Shown: positions 10,058-21,898, numbered from the stretch's first letter. The stretch is 64,000 nt of DNA from Pseudobdellovibrionaceae bacterium (GCA_015163855.1 JAAOIK010000009.1:5113-69112), one strand, 5' to 3'. Translations and numbers: made by a program. The notes: generated from the letters alone by a model not told the origin.

Positions 10058-10090
10058 AAGCTTAGAAGGTGTTTTCTAAGCTTTTTATTT
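10058..10090 (+). terminator. intrinsic terminator or attenuator after tuf
   Basis: AAGCTTAGAA (10058-10067) pairs with TTCTAAGCTT (10074-10083) across a 6-nt loop. It is followed by TTTATTT. Confidence 0.5.
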
Positions 10091-10167
10091 AGGACAGTAG
10101 CTCGAATTGGTAGAGCGGTTGACTCCAAATCAATAGGTTGAGGGTTCGAATCCTTCCTGTCCTGCCA
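10091..10167 (+). tRNA. tRNA-Trp (anticodon CCA)
   Basis: AGGACAGTAGCTCGAATTGGTAGAGCGGTTGACTCCAAATCAATAGGTTGAGGGTTCGAATCCTTCCTGTCCTGCCA. Anticodon loop is CTCCAAA. It sits at the conserved position between tuf and secE. Confidence 0.92.
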
Positions 10168-10183
10168 TTTTTAAAGGTGTGTT

Positions 10184-10561
10184 ATGAAAACAATATATAA
10201 AAAAATTATAACCATTTCGGTATTAAGCTTTTCTATTTTAGTGGGCCTTGTGGTTAGTATTTTATTAGAGCTACTAAGTGCGGTGTCTGGGTTTGTTGCA
10301 AGGCTTTATGAGCAAAATTGGTTTAGTCACGGCTTTCCCATCATTGCCGCTTTTCTAGTATTTTTGTTTTTGCAGTTTCATACTAAGTCGCAAACTTTAT
10401 TAAAAGAGGCTGTTCAGGAGGCTGGTAAGGTTGTTTGGAGTGGAAAACAGGCGATAATTGCCATGACTGTGGTTTGTTGCATAATGCTTTTAATTTCTGG
10501 GGTGTTTTTGGGAATCTTTGATGTGCTAGCTAGTAGCACTTTAAAATATTTTATAAATTAA
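10184..10561 (+). CDS. secE: preprotein translocase subunit SecE (three-TM form)
   Basis: C-terminal KEAVQEAGKVVWSGKQAIIAMTVVCCIMLLISGVFLGIFD matches the conserved SecE segment. It sits at the conserved position upstream of nusG. Confidence 0.8.
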   Translation: MKTIYKKIITISVLSFSILVGLVVSILLELLSAVSGFVARLYEQNWFSHGFPIIAAFLVFLFLQFHTKSQTLLKEAVQEAGKVVWSGKQAIIAMTVVCCIMLLISGVFLGIFDVLASSTLKYFIN

Positions 10562-10645
10562 AGAAATACTAATTGCATTAAATGCAAAACAGATGTAACT
10601 AGGTCTGTATTTATTTTTTGTAATTTTTTGTTTTTTGGGGTAAAT

Positions 10646-11176
10646 GTGGAAAAAAAGTGGTATATTATTAATACTGTTGGGGGGCAAGAAGTAAAGGCTA
10701 AAACCTCCATTTTAGAACAGGTTAAGTTAAAAAATTTAGAAAATGAATTTGGAGATATTTTAATTCCCAGTGAAAGGGTCGTTGAGGTTTCCAGAGGCAA
10801 GAAAAAAGAGAAAGATCGTACTTTTTTTCCTGGCTATATTTTTATTCAAATGCACTTAACAGAAACCTCTTGGCATGTGGTTAAAAACACTCCTAAAGTG
10901 GGTGGTTTTGTTGGAAAGGGTAAGCCTCAAGCTGTGCCAGAAGATCAGGTATTAAAAGTTACTAAACAAATTCAAGATGGAGCAAAAAGTGTTAGCGTTG
11001 CTGTCACTTTTTCTGTTGGAGAGTCTATCTCTATTATAGATGGCCCCTTTAATGGTTTTGATGCTGTTGTAGAAGAGGTGTCAGAAGATAAAATGAAGCT
11101 AAAAGTTACTGTGGGTATTTTTGGAAGACCAACTTCTGTGGAGTTAAATTTTACACAGGTAAAAAATTTAATTTAG
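10646..11176 (+). CDS. nusG: transcription termination/antitermination factor NusG
   Basis: EKKWYIINTVGGQEVKAK... NGN domain and a C-terminal KOW (GPFNGFDAVVEEV). The ORF is open from TTG 10628. GTG 10646 gives the canonical N-terminus. Confidence 0.92.
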   Translation: MEKKWYIINTVGGQEVKAKTSILEQVKLKNLENEFGDILIPSERVVEVSRGKKKEKDRTFFPGYIFIQMHLTETSWHVVKNTPKVGGFVGKGKPQAVPEDQVLKVTKQIQDGAKSVSVAVTFSVGESISIIDGPFNGFDAVVEEVSEDKMKLKVTVGIFGRPTSVELNFTQVKNLI

Positions 11177-11202
11177 TTAAGATTTAAAAAAAGGGCTAAT
11201 TT

Positions 11203-11625
11203 ATGGCAAAAGAAATAACAGGGCAAATTAAATTACAAATCCAGGCGGGCAAGGCTAATCCATCCCCTCCAATTGGTCCTGCATTGGGTCAACATGGTGT
11301 TAATATTATGGATTTTTGTAAGCAGTTTAATGCTAAAACCCAAAAAGATGCCGGCATGATTATACCTGTGGTAATTACTGTCTTTAAAGACAGAAGCTTT
11401 ACTTTTATTACAAAAACTCCGCCAGCTTCGGTATTGTTAAAAACTTATTCTAAAATTAAAAGTGGGTCGTCTCAGCCGCAAAAAGACAAGGCGGGAACAA
11501 TTACTATGAAGCAAGTAGAAGAAATTGCTAAAATTAAGTTAGTAGATTTAAATTGCGTTAGTTTAGAATCTGCAATTTCACAAGTAAAGGGAACTGCCAA
11601 CAGCATGGGCTTAGAAGTAAAATAG
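11203..11625 (+). CDS. rplK: 50S ribosomal protein L11
   Basis: [36 protein letters not shown]... Confidence 0.97.
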   Translation: MAKEITGQIKLQIQAGKANPSPPIGPALGQHGVNIMDFCKQFNAKTQKDAGMIIPVVITVFKDRSFTFITKTPPASVLLKTYSKIKSGSSQPQKDKAGTITMKQVEEIAKIKLVDLNCVSLESAISQVKGTANSMGLEVK

Positions 11626-11633
11626 GTGTATTT

Positions 11634-12332
11634 ATGAGTATAGGAAAACGATTTAAAGCAATTTCAGAAAAAGTGGAAGTAGACAAACTTTATAGTTTTG
11701 AAGAGGGTTTTAAACTTTTATTAGATACAGCTACAGCAAAATTTGACGAATCAGTAGAAGTGGCTATTAATTTAGGCGTTGATTCTAAGCAATCCGATCA
11801 ACAGGTAAGAGGGTCTGTCCCTTTACCTAACGGTTTAGGTAAAAGTGTTAGGGTGATTGTATTTGCAAAAGGCGATAAGATTAAAGCCGCACAAGATGCT
11901 GGTGCAGATCTTGTGGGTTCTGATGAACTAGTAAAAAAAATTCAGGGAGGGTGGTTAGACTTCGACAAAGTAATTTCTACTCCTGATTTAATGTCCACAG
12001 TGGCAAAAGTTGCAAAAGTATTAGGGCCTCGTGGGTTAATGCCTAGTCCAAAAGTGGGTACGGTGACTCAAGATGTAGCCAAAGCGGTAGAAGCAGAAAA
12101 GCGAGGTAAGCTTTCTTTTCGTGTAGAGAAGGCTGGAATTATTCATGTAATTATTGGAAGAAAATCTTTAGGAGAAGAAAAATTAAAAGAAAACTATAAG
12201 GTATTTTTAGATACCGTAGTAAAAGCAAAACCCTCTTCTAGTAAGGGTGTGTATTTGCAGGGAATTGCATTGTCTATGACAATGGGCCCAGGTATCAAAA
12301 TGGATGTGGCTTCATCGCAAGCAGCCATTTAG
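11634..12332 (+). CDS. rplA: 50S ribosomal protein L1
   Basis: KRFKAISEKV...FDESVEVAINLGVD..QSDQQVRG; conserved position. Confidence 0.97.
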   Translation: MSIGKRFKAISEKVEVDKLYSFEEGFKLLLDTATAKFDESVEVAINLGVDSKQSDQQVRGSVPLPNGLGKSVRVIVFAKGDKIKAAQDAGADLVGSDELVKKIQGGWLDFDKVISTPDLMSTVAKVAKVLGPRGLMPSPKVGTVTQDVAKAVEAEKRGKLSFRVEKAGIIHVIIGRKSLGEEKLKENYKVFLDTVVKAKPSSSKGVYLQGIALSMTMGPGIKMDVASSQAAI

Positions 12333-12459
12333 ATTAGGTTAGTAACAAAAAGAAGTCGCCAGTTTAAGACAATAGGGGTTTTGAAAAAAACTTAAAACCA
12401 CAAACCCTATCGAGACGAACCTGAGTGTTTCTTAAAACAAAAGAGAGGAGGAATATAAG
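12333..12459 (+). promoter_or_regulatory. rplJ leader region (candidate L10-L12 autoregulatory leader)
   Basis: 127-nt untranslated spacer with nested pairing. ATAGGG (12372-12377) pairs with CCCTAT (12405-12410), and an inner GTTTT pairs with AAAAC. Its position is analogous to the known L10 leader. Confidence 0.35.
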
Positions 12460-12984
12460 GTGTTGGCAAAAGAGAAAAAAGCATTAGAGATTAGTGCTAT
12501 TTCTAAATCTTTAAAAGAAGCAACGGCTACTTTCTTAGTCGACTTTAAAGGCATGGATGTGGAGCAAGTAACTCAGCTTCGTAAAGAGCTAAGCTCTTGC
12601 GAGGGAAAGTTGCGTGTGACTAAAAACACATTAGCTCGCCTTGCTTTAAAGGAACATAAAGAAAGTGCTGAAATATTATCTGCAGATTTGGTGGGAACAA
12701 ATGCATTTGTTTTTGCTTATGACGAGGTACCAGCGGTTGCAAAAGCAATTAGTAAGTGTTCGAAATCCGTAGAAGCATTTAACTTAAAAAAAGGAGTAAT
12801 GGAAGGGCAGGAGTTAAGTTCCGCTCAAATTATTCAATTAGGAAGTTTAGCATCTAAAGAGGAATTAAGAGCACAATTATTAAGTGTATTTATGGCACCA
12901 GCTACACAATTTGTTAGAACGATAAATGAAGTTCCAAGTAAATTGGTTAGGGTACTAGCTGCAAAAAAAGATAGTGCTGCTTAA
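12460..12984 (+). CDS. rplJ: 50S ribosomal protein L10
   Basis: GTG start 8 nt after GAGGAGG. Sequence is L10-like and the position before rplL is conserved. Confidence 0.95.
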   Translation: MLAKEKKALEISAISKSLKEATATFLVDFKGMDVEQVTQLRKELSSCEGKLRVTKNTLARLALKEHKESAEILSADLVGTNAFVFAYDEVPAVAKAISKCSKSVEAFNLKKGVMEGQELSSAQIIQLGSLASKEELRAQLLSVFMAPATQFVRTINEVPSKLVRVLAAKKDSAA

Positions 12985-12993
12985 GGTTTTTAG

Positions 12994-13035
12994 AAATAAT
13001 AAATAAATAAATAAATAAACAAATAAGAATAAATT
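12994..13035. repeat. (AAAT)n tetranucleotide microsatellite in the rplJ-rplL spacer
   Basis: AAATAATAAATAAATAAATAAATAAACAAATAAGAATAAATT read directly. Confidence 0.9.
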
Positions 13036-13047
13036 AAGGAGAGTAAG

Positions 13048-13419
13048 ATGGCCATTAACAAAACAGAAGTTGTAGAATTTTTATCTAACATGTCTGTGTT
13101 AGAAGTTTCCGAGTTAGTAAAAGAATTAGAAGAAAAGTGGGGAGTAAGTGCAGCAGCGGCAGTAGCGGCGGCTCCAGCTGCGGGCGGTGGTGCTGTGGCT
13201 GAAGAAAAAACAGAATTTGATGTAGTATTAACTGCAGCAGGAGATAGTAAAATTTCTGTGATTAAAGAAGTTCGTACTATTACTGGCTTAGGCTTAAAAG
13301 AAGCTAAAGAATTAGTAGAGGCAGCTCCAAAACCTGTAAAAACAGGAATCCCTAAGGATGAAGCAGAAAAAATTAAAGCGGCTTTAATAAAAGCGGGCGC
13401 GACTGTTGAAGTTAAATAG
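13048..13419 (+). CDS. rplL: 50S ribosomal protein L7/L12
   Basis: Ala-rich hinge [15 protein letters not shown] and C-terminal domain [19 protein letters not shown]. Confidence 0.97.
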   Translation: MAINKTEVVEFLSNMSVLEVSELVKELEEKWGVSAAAAVAAAPAAGGGAVAEEKTEFDVVLTAAGDSKISVIKEVRTITGLGLKEAKELVEAAPKPVKTGIPKDEAEKIKAALIKAGATVEVK

Positions 13420-13440
13420 TTTTTTTTAAAAATAGTTATT

Positions 13441-13468
13441 TTTGGCTAATATATTAATATTAGCCAAA
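13441..13468 (+). terminator. hairpin attenuator between rplL and rpoB
   Basis: TTTGGCTAATAT-ATTA-ATATTAGCCAAA is a perfect 12-bp inverted repeat. A partial terminator at this position is known in E. coli. Confidence 0.45.
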
Positions 13469-13508
13469 ATAGTTTTGTGTTAAAACAGTTAATTAATTAG
13501 GAGATATA

Positions 13509-16500
13509 ATGGGCACTACCCCTTACGCAGCTTCTCAAATTCGTCTACGGCATAATTTTGGTCAGATAAAGGTAGATATTAAAATACCCAATTTGATTAA
13601 TCTTCAAAGAGATTCTTATGCAAATTTTTTACAATCGGATTGTGATCCTGATAAAAGGTTAGAACAGGGTTTGCATGGTGTATTTAAGTCCGTTTTTCCT
13701 GTTGTAGATTTTAATAAAAGTATTCAGCTAGAATATTTAGATTATCGTTTAGAGCCACCTAAATATGATGTGGAAGAGTGTTTACAAAGAGGAATGAACT
13801 ACTCCTCTTCTTTAAAAGTTAGATTTCGTTTAGTTATTTTCGACATTTCTGAAAGAACAAATAAAAATTCTGAAGAACCTAAAATAGTAAAAGATGTAAG
13901 AGAGCAAGAAGTTTATATGGGAGAGATTCCATTGATGACTAAAAATGCCTCCTTTGTAATCAATGGAATTGAAAGAGTGGTAGTAAGCCAATTGCATCGT
14001 TCGCCAGGTATTTTCTTTGAACATGATAATGGAAAGGGCAGCGTTATTGGAAAATTATTACACTCTGCTCGTATGATTCCTTACCGTGGGTCTTGGTTAG
14101 ATTTTGAATTTGATCAAAAAAACATATTGTACGCAAGCATTGATAGGCGTCGTAAATTTCCTGTTACTATTTTATTAAAAGCCTTGGGTTACGACGACCA
14201 AGCTTTATTAAACTATTATTACAAACCTAATATTTTAAAACCACAAAAAGATGGTACTTATAAATACGCACTAGACATACATTCTTTGCTTGGCCAAAGA
14301 GCTGGTGGAAATATTGCAGACAAAGAAGGTAACATTATTGTTGCTCGTGGCCGTCGTATTACTAGAGCTACTATTAAAAAAGTAGAACAAGCTAAAATTA
14401 AAGATTTAAAAATAGACAGAGAGGGTTTAATTGGTGTTACTTTGGCAGAACCAATTATTAATTTAGAAACGGGCGAAATTATTGCCGATGTTAATGCCGA
14501 CATCACAGAAGAAGTGTTAGATGCTATTTTGGCATTAAAATTAAAAGAATTTGCTGTTATTTTTTTCGATAAGTTTTCTGTAGGAAACCATTTAAGAAAT
14601 ACATTACTATTAGACAAAGTTTCCACTAAAGAGGAAGCCATTTTAGAATTGTACCGCCGTCAACGACCGGGAGATCCCGCAGATTTAGAATCGGCTACAA
14701 AATTTTTACAGCGTTTATTCTTTGACGAAAATACTTATAATTTAGGAAAAGTAGGGCGTTTAAAAATTAATCATCGTATTGAATCTTTGGTTACTCCTCC
14801 TCCTTTAGATCATCATGTACTGACTAATGAGGATATTTTAGCCACTGTTAAAATTTTATTAAATATTAAAGACGGCAAAGGGGATGTGGATGACATTGAT
14901 CACTTAGGTAACCGTCGAGTGAGAGCGGTGGGTGAGTTATTAGAAAATCAATACCGCTTGGGCTTAGTGAGAATGGAAAAATCTATTCGTGAAAAAGTGG
15001 GTTTTCAGCAAGATTTAGAAGCGGTAATGCCTTATGATTTAGTAAACTCTAGTGCGATTAACTCGGTTATCAAAGAGTTTTTTGGATTGGGGCAGTTATC
15101 TCAATTTATGGATCAAATTAATCCATTGTCAGAGGTAACTCACAAAAGAAGATTGTCGGCTTTAGGGCCTGGTGGTTTATCTCGTGATCGAGCGGGCTTT
15201 GAAGTTCGTGATGTGCATCATACTCATTACGGCCGTATATGTCCCATTGAAACTCCCGAGGGTCCTAACATTGGATTAATATCGGCTTTAGCTACTTATG
15301 CTAAAGTAAATGATTATGGTTTTATCGAAACCCCTTTTCGAAAAGTAGAAAATGCGATTATTAATGATGATATTATTTATATGTCAGCCTTAGATGAAAA
15401 AGATAAGAAAATCTCTCAAATAAACAGAGTGGGTAATAAAGTTAAAGATGACAAGCTTACTATTCGCAGAATGGGTGAGTACGAAAATGTTGCCAAAGAA
15501 GAAGTGGAGTTAATGGATGTTTCTCCAGGACAATTAATTTCTGTGGCAACGGCATTAATTCCTTTCTTAGAACATGATGATGCAAACCGTGCTTTAATGG
15601 GAGCCAACATGCAACGGCAAGCCGTTCCGATGATTAAGTCAGCGGCACCTTTGGTTGGCACAGGAATGGAAAAATTTATTGCTCGTGATTCTGGAACTAG
15701 TGTGGTTTGTTCTAATGACGGGGTGGTTGCTGAAGTAGAAGCCAACCGTATTGTGGTTCGCCGTAGTGCTAAAAAAGGAGCTATGGGAGCCAATATTGAT
15801 ATTTATAATTTAGTAAAATATCGTAAAACTAACCAAAACACTTGCTTCAATCAAGCTCCAGTGGTTAGGGTTGGTGACCTTGTAAAAAAGGGTGATGTTA
15901 TTGCTGATGGCCCAGCTACAGAGTTGGGAGAATTGGCTTTAGGTCAAAATATGTTAGTGGCCTTTACTCCGTGGATGGGTTACAACTTTGAGGATTCGGT
16001 TTTAATTTCCGAAAGATTGGTAAAGCAAGATGTATATACTTCTATACACATTGAGGCTTTTGAATGTTTAGCTCGTGACACAAAATTAGGCGCTGAAGAA
16101 ATTACTAGAGATATTGCTAACATTAGTGATAGTGATTTAGTAGACATTGATAACAATGGTATTATTCGCATTGGTGCCGAGGTAGCTCCGAGTAGTATTT
16201 TAGTAGGTAAAGTGACTCCAAAGGGAGAGACACAACTTTCCCCAGAAGAAAAATTATTGCGTGCCATTTTTGGAGACAAGGCTGGCGACTTTAGAGACTC
16301 TTCTTTGCGAGTTCCTTCTGGTGTTGTAGGTACAGTTATTGATGTACAGATTTACAACCGTGATGGCGTTGGTGATGATGACCGTCATAAAGAAATTGTA
16401 GAAAGTAAGCAAGAAAAAATTGCCAAAGACCTTTTGACAGAAGAAAACATGATTAAAAATGCTGCGCTAGAGAGTATTAAAAACTTACTAGCTGGTAAAA

Positions 16501-17684
16501 AATCTTCTGATCAGTTTTTAAATGAAGATGGTTCTGTAGAACTATTAAAAAAAGGTCAAATTATTGGTGCAGATGATTTAGAAGCCATTCCTTTTGAGTT
16601 TTTAAGTTACATTCCTGTTACTCCAGAGTTAGAAAAACAAGTTACTCAAATAGTAACAGCAGTGCGTAGTAAACTAAAAGCAGTGAAAGTTATTTTTGGT
16701 GAAAAAGCCACTCGTTTATCTAGAGGAGATGAGCTAGCTCCAGGAGTAATTAAAGTGGTTAAAGTTTATGTAGCTATTAAACGACGCATTCAGGTGGGGG
16801 ATAAGTTAGCCGGTCGCCATGGAAACAAAGTGGTGGTTTCTCGTATTTTACCGGAAGCAGATATGCCTTACTTGGCTGATGGAAGGCCTGTGGATATGGT
16901 TTTAAATCCTTTAGGGGTTCCTTCTCGTATGAATATTGGTCAAATTTTAGAAACGCATTTAGGTTGGGCGGCTTATGATTTAGGTCACCAATTAGAAAAA
17001 ATGTTAGAACAGTTTGATGCTAATCAAATGCGCGATAAGTTAAATAAAATTTATAAAAACCAAGATTTACAAGACAAAATTAATACTGCAAACGAAACAT
17101 CTTTAAAGGAAATTGCAAGACAGGCAAGAAATGGTGTTCATATTGCGACTCCTGTTTTTGATGGAGCTAATGAAGCTGACATTCAAAGGTTATTAGAATT
17201 AGCCGGCTTACCAAAAACCGGGCAAACCACTTTGTTTGACGGAAGAACTGGCGAAGCTTTTCACAATGATGTTACTGTGGGAATTATGTATGTATTAAAA
17301 CTAAATCATTTAGTAGAAGAAAAAATACATGCTCGGTCTATTGGGCCCTATTCATTAGTTTCTCAACAACCTTTAAGTGGTAAAGCACAGTTTGGTGGTC
17401 AAAGGTTAGGGGAGATGGAAGTGTGGGCTATGGAAGCTTATGGTGCCGCTTATTCTTTACAAGAATTTTTAACAGTAAAATCCGATGATGTTGCAGGTCG
17501 TACGCGCATTTATGAAAGTATTGTTAAAGGAGAAAATGTATTAGAACCTGGGTTACCAGAGTCTTTCAATGTTTTAATTCGTGAGCTACAAAGTTTGGCT
17601 TTAGATATTAATTTAGTGAAGTCTGATATTTTAACCGAAGATGGTAAAGCAAAAATTGAGGAAGAAAAAGGTTTTAATGATTAA
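13509..17684 (+). CDS. rpoB: DNA-directed RNA polymerase subunit beta
   Basis: 1391 aa. Conserved blocks include GRYKVNKKL-like region, RRLSALGPGGLSRDRAGFEVRDVH, and NMQRQAVP. Confidence 0.98.
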   Translation: MGTTPYAASQIRLRHNFGQIKVDIKIPNLINLQRDSYANFLQSDCDPDKRLEQGLHGVFKSVFPVVDFNKSIQLEYLDYRLEPPKYDVEECLQRGMNYSSSLKVRFRLVIFDISERTNKNSEEPKIVKDVREQEVYMGEIPLMTKNASFVINGIERVVVSQLHRSPGIFFEHDNGKGSVIGKLLHSARMIPYRGSWLDFEFDQKNILYASIDRRRKFPVTILLKALGYDDQALLNYYYKPNILKPQKDGTYKYALDIHSLLGQRAGGNIADKEGNIIVARGRRITRATIKKVEQAKIKDLKIDREGLIGVTLAEPIINLETGEIIADVNADITEEVLDAILALKLKEFAVIFFDKFSVGNHLRNTLLLDKVSTKEEAILELYRRQRPGDPADLESATKFLQRLFFDENTYNLGKVGRLKINHRIESLVTPPPLDHHVLTNEDILATVKILLNIKDGKGDVDDIDHLGNRRVRAVGELLENQYRLGLVRMEKSIREKVGFQQDLEAVMPYDLVNSSAINSVIKEFFGLGQLSQFMDQINPLSEVTHKRRLSALGPGGLSRDRAGFEVRDVHHTHYGRICPIETPEGPNIGLISALATYAKVNDYGFIETPFRKVENAIINDDIIYMSALDEKDKKISQINRVGNKVKDDKLTIRRMGEYENVAKEEVELMDVSPGQLISVATALIPFLEHDDANRALMGANMQRQAVPMIKSAAPLVGTGMEKFIARDSGTSVVCSNDGVVAEVEANRIVVRRSAKKGAMGANIDIYNLVKYRKTNQNTCFNQAPVVRVGDLVKKGDVIADGPATELGELALGQNMLVAFTPWMGYNFEDSVLISERLVKQDVYTSIHIEAFECLARDTKLGAEEITRDIANISDSDLVDIDNNGIIRIGAEVAPSSILVGKVTPKGETQLSPEEKLLRAIFGDKAGDFRDSSLRVPSGVVGTVIDVQIYNRDGVGDDDRHKEIVESKQEKIAKDLLTEENMIKNAALESIKNLLAGKKSSDQFLNEDGSVELLKKGQIIGADDLEAIPFEFLSYIPVTPELEKQVTQIVTAVRSKLKAVKVIFGEKATRLSRGDELAPGVIKVVKVYVAIKRRIQVGDKLAGRHGNKVVVSRILPEADMPYLADGRPVDMVLNPLGVPSRMNIGQILETHLGWAAYDLGHQLEKMLEQFDANQMRDKLNKIYKNQDLQDKINTANETSLKEIARQARNGVHIATPVFDGANEADIQRLLELAGLPKTGQTTLFDGRTGEAFHNDVTVGIMYVLKLNHLVEEKIHARSIGPYSLVSQQPLSGKAQFGGQRLGEMEVWAMEAYGAAYSLQEFLTVKSDDVAGRTRIYESIVKGENVLEPGLPESFNVLIRELQSLALDINLVKSDILTEDGKAKIEEEKGFND

Positions 17685-17737
17685 AATCTTTTTTTTAATA
17701 GAAAAGTAAAAAAGAAAAAATAAAAACAGGAGTTCTT

Positions 17738-20700
17738 TTGAAAGACTTACTTAACTTTTTAGATAAACCACAATCCCCTTTATCCATTAAAGGTATTCAA
17801 GTTTCTTTAGCTTCAGCAGAGAAGATCAAAAGTTGGTCTTTTGGCGAAGTAAAAAAACCAGAAACTATTAATTATAGAACTTTTAAACCAGAGCGAGAAG
17901 GCTTGTTTTGTGCAAAAATTTTTGGACCAATTAAAGATTACGAATGCCTTTGTGGAAAATATAAAAGAATGAAATACAGAGGTGTGATTTGTGAAAAGTG
18001 TGGAGTAGAAGTTACTCGCTCTAAAGTGCGTCGCGAAAGAATGGGGCATATTAGTTTAGTTTCTCCCGTAGCCCATGTTTGGTTTTTAAGATCTTTACCT
18101 AGTCGTATTGTTACTTTGCTAGGAATGACTCTTAAAGAATTAGAAGCCGTTTTGTATTGTGAATCTCATATGGTTTTAGATCCAATGGAAACGGAATTAA
18201 AAGAAATGCAAGTGTTATCCGAAAATGAGTATCAAGATGCCTTAGATGAATATGGCCCTCATTTTAGAGTAGGTATGGGCGGAGAAGCCGTTATCGAAAT
18301 GCTTCGTTCCTTAGATTTAGAATTTTTAGCTAGACAATTACGCATTGATATTCGTGATACAAAATCAGAATTAACAAAGAAAAAACTAGCTAAGCGTTTA
18401 AAAATTGTAGAAGCCTTTAGAGGATCTAATAATAAACCAGAGTGGATGATCTTAACGGTATTACCAGTTATTCCTCCCGATTTACGACCACTAGTGCATT
18501 TAGATGGCGGTAGGTTTGCCACTTCTGATTTAAATGATTTATACAGAAGAGTAATTAACAGAAATAATCGATTAAAGAAATTACAAGATTTAAATGCTCC
18601 TGATATTATTATTCGTAATGAAAAAAGAATGTTACAAGAAGCCGTTGATGCTTTATTAGATAATGGCCGTGGCGGAAAAGTATTCACAGGAGCTAACAAG
18701 CGTCCATTGCGTTCTTTAAGTGATGCTTTAAAAGGTAAGCAAGGTCGTTTCCGTCAAAATTTATTAGGTAAGAGGGTAGATTATTCTGGCCGTTCTGTGA
18801 TTGTGGTAGGTCCTCATTTACGACTGCACCAATGTGGCTTACCAAAAAAAATGGCTTTAGAATTATTTAAGCCATTTATTTGTGGTCAATTAGAAGCTCG
18901 TGGTTTAGTAACCACAGTAAAGCAAGCAAAGCGATTAATTGATGAGGGAGTAGATGAAGTTTGGGATATTTTATCAGAAGTGGTAAAAGAGCATCCGGTA
19001 TTATTAAACCGCGCCCCTACTTTACACAGATTAGGTATTCAAGCTTTTGAACCTCTTCTTCATGAGGGGAAAGCTATTCAATTGCATCCATTAGTTTGTG
19101 CCGCTTTTAATGCCGATTTTGATGGAGACACCATGTCTGTTCATGTGCCTTTATCCATTGAAGCGCAAATTGAAGCTCGCGTGTTAATGATGTCTACTAA
19201 TAATATTTTAAGTCCTTCTAATGGAAAACCGGTAATTAACCCCACTCAGGATATGGTGTTAGGTTTGTACTGGATGACTCGTATTAACTTAGAGGCTAAG
19301 GGTACGGGAAGAATATTTAGTTCCATTGATAAAGTGGAATATGCGTATAACCAAGGTTTGGTTAATTTACAAGCTGCTGTAAAAGTAAAAATTGGAAACA
19401 CGGTTTATGATACTAGTGTTGGTCGCGCCATTTTAGGTGGAAAATTACCAAAAGATTTAGACTTTAAAGTGGTTAATAAAGTAATGAATAAAAAAACTTT
19501 AGCAGAGCTAATGGATTTTTGTTTTCGTAATGTAGGGCCAAAGGCTACCGTTTTATTAGCAGACGCTTTAAAGCAAGCCGGTTTTGAATATTCTACTCAA
19601 GCGGGTATTTCTATTGCTATTGGCGATTTAAAAATTCCTAAAGAAAAAGATGCCATTTTAGCCTCTGCAGTAAGCCAAGTGCAAAACATTCAAGAGCAGT
19701 ATGACGAAGGTTTAACCACAGAAAGTGAAAGATATAATAAAGCGGTGGATATTTGGTCTAATGCTACAGATAAAGTGGCAAAAGTAATGATGAAACATTT
19801 TGAAACTCAAGACTTTGAAGTGGACGGAAAAACAGTAAAGTCTGATAGTTTTAACTCTATTTATATTATGGCAGACTCCGGAGCAAGGGGTGCGGTAGAT
19901 CAGATTAAGCAATTAGCAGGAATGCGTGGTTTGCTTGCCAAACCTTCGGGAGAAATTATTGAAACACCAATTACTGCCAATTACCGAGAAGGCTTATCGG
20001 TGATTCAATATTTTATTGCCACCCATGGTGCAAGAAAAGGTTTAGCAGATACCGCTTTAAAAACAGCCAACTCGGGATACTTAACGCGTTGTTTAGTAGA
20101 TGTGGCTCAAGATGTGGTAGTAACTAAAAAAGATTGTGGTACTTCTGGTGGCATAGTGGTTAGAGCCTTAGTGGAAGGTGGAGAAATCATTCAAAGCTTA
20201 GGAGAAAAAATTTTAGGCCGTATTACATTAAAGCCAATAATGGATCCAGCCACAAAAACCATTATTGTAGATTCTAATGAAGAAATTACAGAAGATGCTG
20301 TACAAAAAATTTATGAGTCAGAAATTGAAGAAGTGGTTGTTCGCTCTCCTTTAACTTGCCAATCTGATAGAGGCATTTGTGTTCAGTGTTATGGTCGTGA
20401 TTTATCCAGAGGTCATATTGTTAATTTAGGAGAGGCTGTGGGGATTATTGCAGCCCAGTCTATTGGTGAACCAGGAACTCAGTTAACCATGAGAACTTTC
20501 CACTTAGGTGGAGCTGCCAGCAGAAGTGTTGAAGAATCAGAGTACCTTGCAAAATATTCTGGAACAGTATGTTTAAACAAAGTGCAAACGGTTATAAACA
20601 AAGAAGGAAAGGTAACTATTTTAGGTCGTAACGGAATTTTATCTATTAATGCAGAAGATGGAGTAGAAAAAGAAGCCTTTAAGCTTCCTTATGGTTCTGT

Positions 20701-21898
20701 TCTTCATTATAAAATTGGTGCAAAAGTAAAGGCCAAAGATACTCTTTCCACTTGGGACCCTTATTCTAAGTTTACTATTGCAGCAGCGGGCGGGTTTGTT
20801 AAATTCGTAGGCTTAGACTTAGGAGTTACTTATACCGAAGAAAGAGATACTACCACGGGTTTTATTGCTAAAAAAATTATTAACAATAAAAGTTTAGATG
20901 GCTCTAAGCCTTCTGTACATTTGGTAGACAAAACTGGCCAGCCTATTCAGTTTGAACGGGGAGGAAACATTAGTTATATTTTATCCACAGGGGTACAATT
21001 ATTAGTAGATAATGGGCAAGAAATTTTTGCAGGGGACTTAATTACTAAAATGGTAAAAGAAAGTTCTAAAACGAAAGATATCACAGGTGGTTTACCTAGA
21101 GTAAAAGAATTATTTGAAGCGCGTGTTCCTAAAGACCCTTCTGTGATGGCACCTATTGATGGTTATGTTAGCTTTGGAGAAGATTTAAAGGACAAGCAAC
21201 GAATTATAATTACAGCAGAGTCTGGTGATACTAGCGAAGTTTTTGTTCCTAAGGGTAAAAACGCAGAAGTAATGGAAGGGGAATTTATTAAAGCTGGAGA
21301 ATCCGTGGTGGACGGTGAAACTAACCCTCATGATTTGCTAGACATTCAAGGAGAGGTGGCTTTATCAACCTACTTATTAAACGAAGTACAAGAAGTTTAT
21401 CGACTTCAAGGTGTGGCTATTAATGATAAGCATATCGAAACTATTTTACGGCAAATGTTAAGTAAGGTTAGAGTTTTATCTGCTGGCGACACTCCCTTAA
21501 TCCAAGGAGAAGTGATTGAAAAAGCCCGATTTAAAGCGGCTAATAAAGCGGTCACAGCAGAGGATGGAGAATTAGCTACAGGTCAGCCTGTGTTATTAGG
21601 TATTACTAAAACTTCTTTGAGTACAGAAAGTTGGTTGTCTGCAGCTTCTTTCCAAGAGGTAACTAAAGTATTAACCGAAGCTTCTATAAACTCTAAAATG
21701 GATAATCTTAAAGGTTTAAAAGAAAATATTATTATGGGTCGTTTAATTCCTGCAGGAACGGGCTTGCCTTGTTATTCTCAATGGAAAATTGGTGTAGACG
21801 CCCCTAAGCCTAAAGAAGTCGATGCGGTTTTGCCAGGGGTAGAAACGCATAAAAACTCAGTAGTTACTGAAAGTGAAGAGGAAAGAAAGAATTTATAA
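17738..21898 (+). CDS. rpoC: DNA-directed RNA polymerase subunit beta'
   Basis: 1386 aa. TTG start after AGGAG. Zn-finger [20 protein letters not shown] and catalytic NADFDGD. Confidence 0.98.
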   Translation: MKDLLNFLDKPQSPLSIKGIQVSLASAEKIKSWSFGEVKKPETINYRTFKPEREGLFCAKIFGPIKDYECLCGKYKRMKYRGVICEKCGVEVTRSKVRRERMGHISLVSPVAHVWFLRSLPSRIVTLLGMTLKELEAVLYCESHMVLDPMETELKEMQVLSENEYQDALDEYGPHFRVGMGGEAVIEMLRSLDLEFLARQLRIDIRDTKSELTKKKLAKRLKIVEAFRGSNNKPEWMILTVLPVIPPDLRPLVHLDGGRFATSDLNDLYRRVINRNNRLKKLQDLNAPDIIIRNEKRMLQEAVDALLDNGRGGKVFTGANKRPLRSLSDALKGKQGRFRQNLLGKRVDYSGRSVIVVGPHLRLHQCGLPKKMALELFKPFICGQLEARGLVTTVKQAKRLIDEGVDEVWDILSEVVKEHPVLLNRAPTLHRLGIQAFEPLLHEGKAIQLHPLVCAAFNADFDGDTMSVHVPLSIEAQIEARVLMMSTNNILSPSNGKPVINPTQDMVLGLYWMTRINLEAKGTGRIFSSIDKVEYAYNQGLVNLQAAVKVKIGNTVYDTSVGRAILGGKLPKDLDFKVVNKVMNKKTLAELMDFCFRNVGPKATVLLADALKQAGFEYSTQAGISIAIGDLKIPKEKDAILASAVSQVQNIQEQYDEGLTTESERYNKAVDIWSNATDKVAKVMMKHFETQDFEVDGKTVKSDSFNSIYIMADSGARGAVDQIKQLAGMRGLLAKPSGEIIETPITANYREGLSVIQYFIATHGARKGLADTALKTANSGYLTRCLVDVAQDVVVTKKDCGTSGGIVVRALVEGGEIIQSLGEKILGRITLKPIMDPATKTIIVDSNEEITEDAVQKIYESEIEEVVVRSPLTCQSDRGICVQCYGRDLSRGHIVNLGEAVGIIAAQSIGEPGTQLTMRTFHLGGAASRSVEESEYLAKYSGTVCLNKVQTVINKEGKVTILGRNGILSINAEDGVEKEAFKLPYGSVLHYKIGAKVKAKDTLSTWDPYSKFTIAAAGGFVKFVGLDLGVTYTEERDTTTGFIAKKIINNKSLDGSKPSVHLVDKTGQPIQFERGGNISYILSTGVQLLVDNGQEIFAGDLITKMVKESSKTKDITGGLPRVKELFEARVPKDPSVMAPIDGYVSFGEDLKDKQRIIITAESGDTSEVFVPKGKNAEVMEGEFIKAGESVVDGETNPHDLLDIQGEVALSTYLLNEVQEVYRLQGVAINDKHIETILRQMLSKVRVLSAGDTPLIQGEVIEKARFKAANKAVTAEDGELATGQPVLLGITKTSLSTESWLSAASFQEVTKVLTEASINSKMDNLKGLKENIIMGRLIPAGTGLPCYSQWKIGVDAPKPKEVDAVLPGVETHKNSVVTESEEERKNL

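Noticed and set aside
10168-10183. Expected rpmG (L33) between tuf/tRNA-Trp and secE
   Set aside because: Only 16 nt separate tRNA-Trp from secE, so no such gene exists here. This is an absence, not a feature.
13830-19912. Several 60-146-aa ORFs antisense to rpoB and rpoC
   Set aside because: They are embedded in essential, well-conserved genes, have no independent signals, and have shadow-frame composition.
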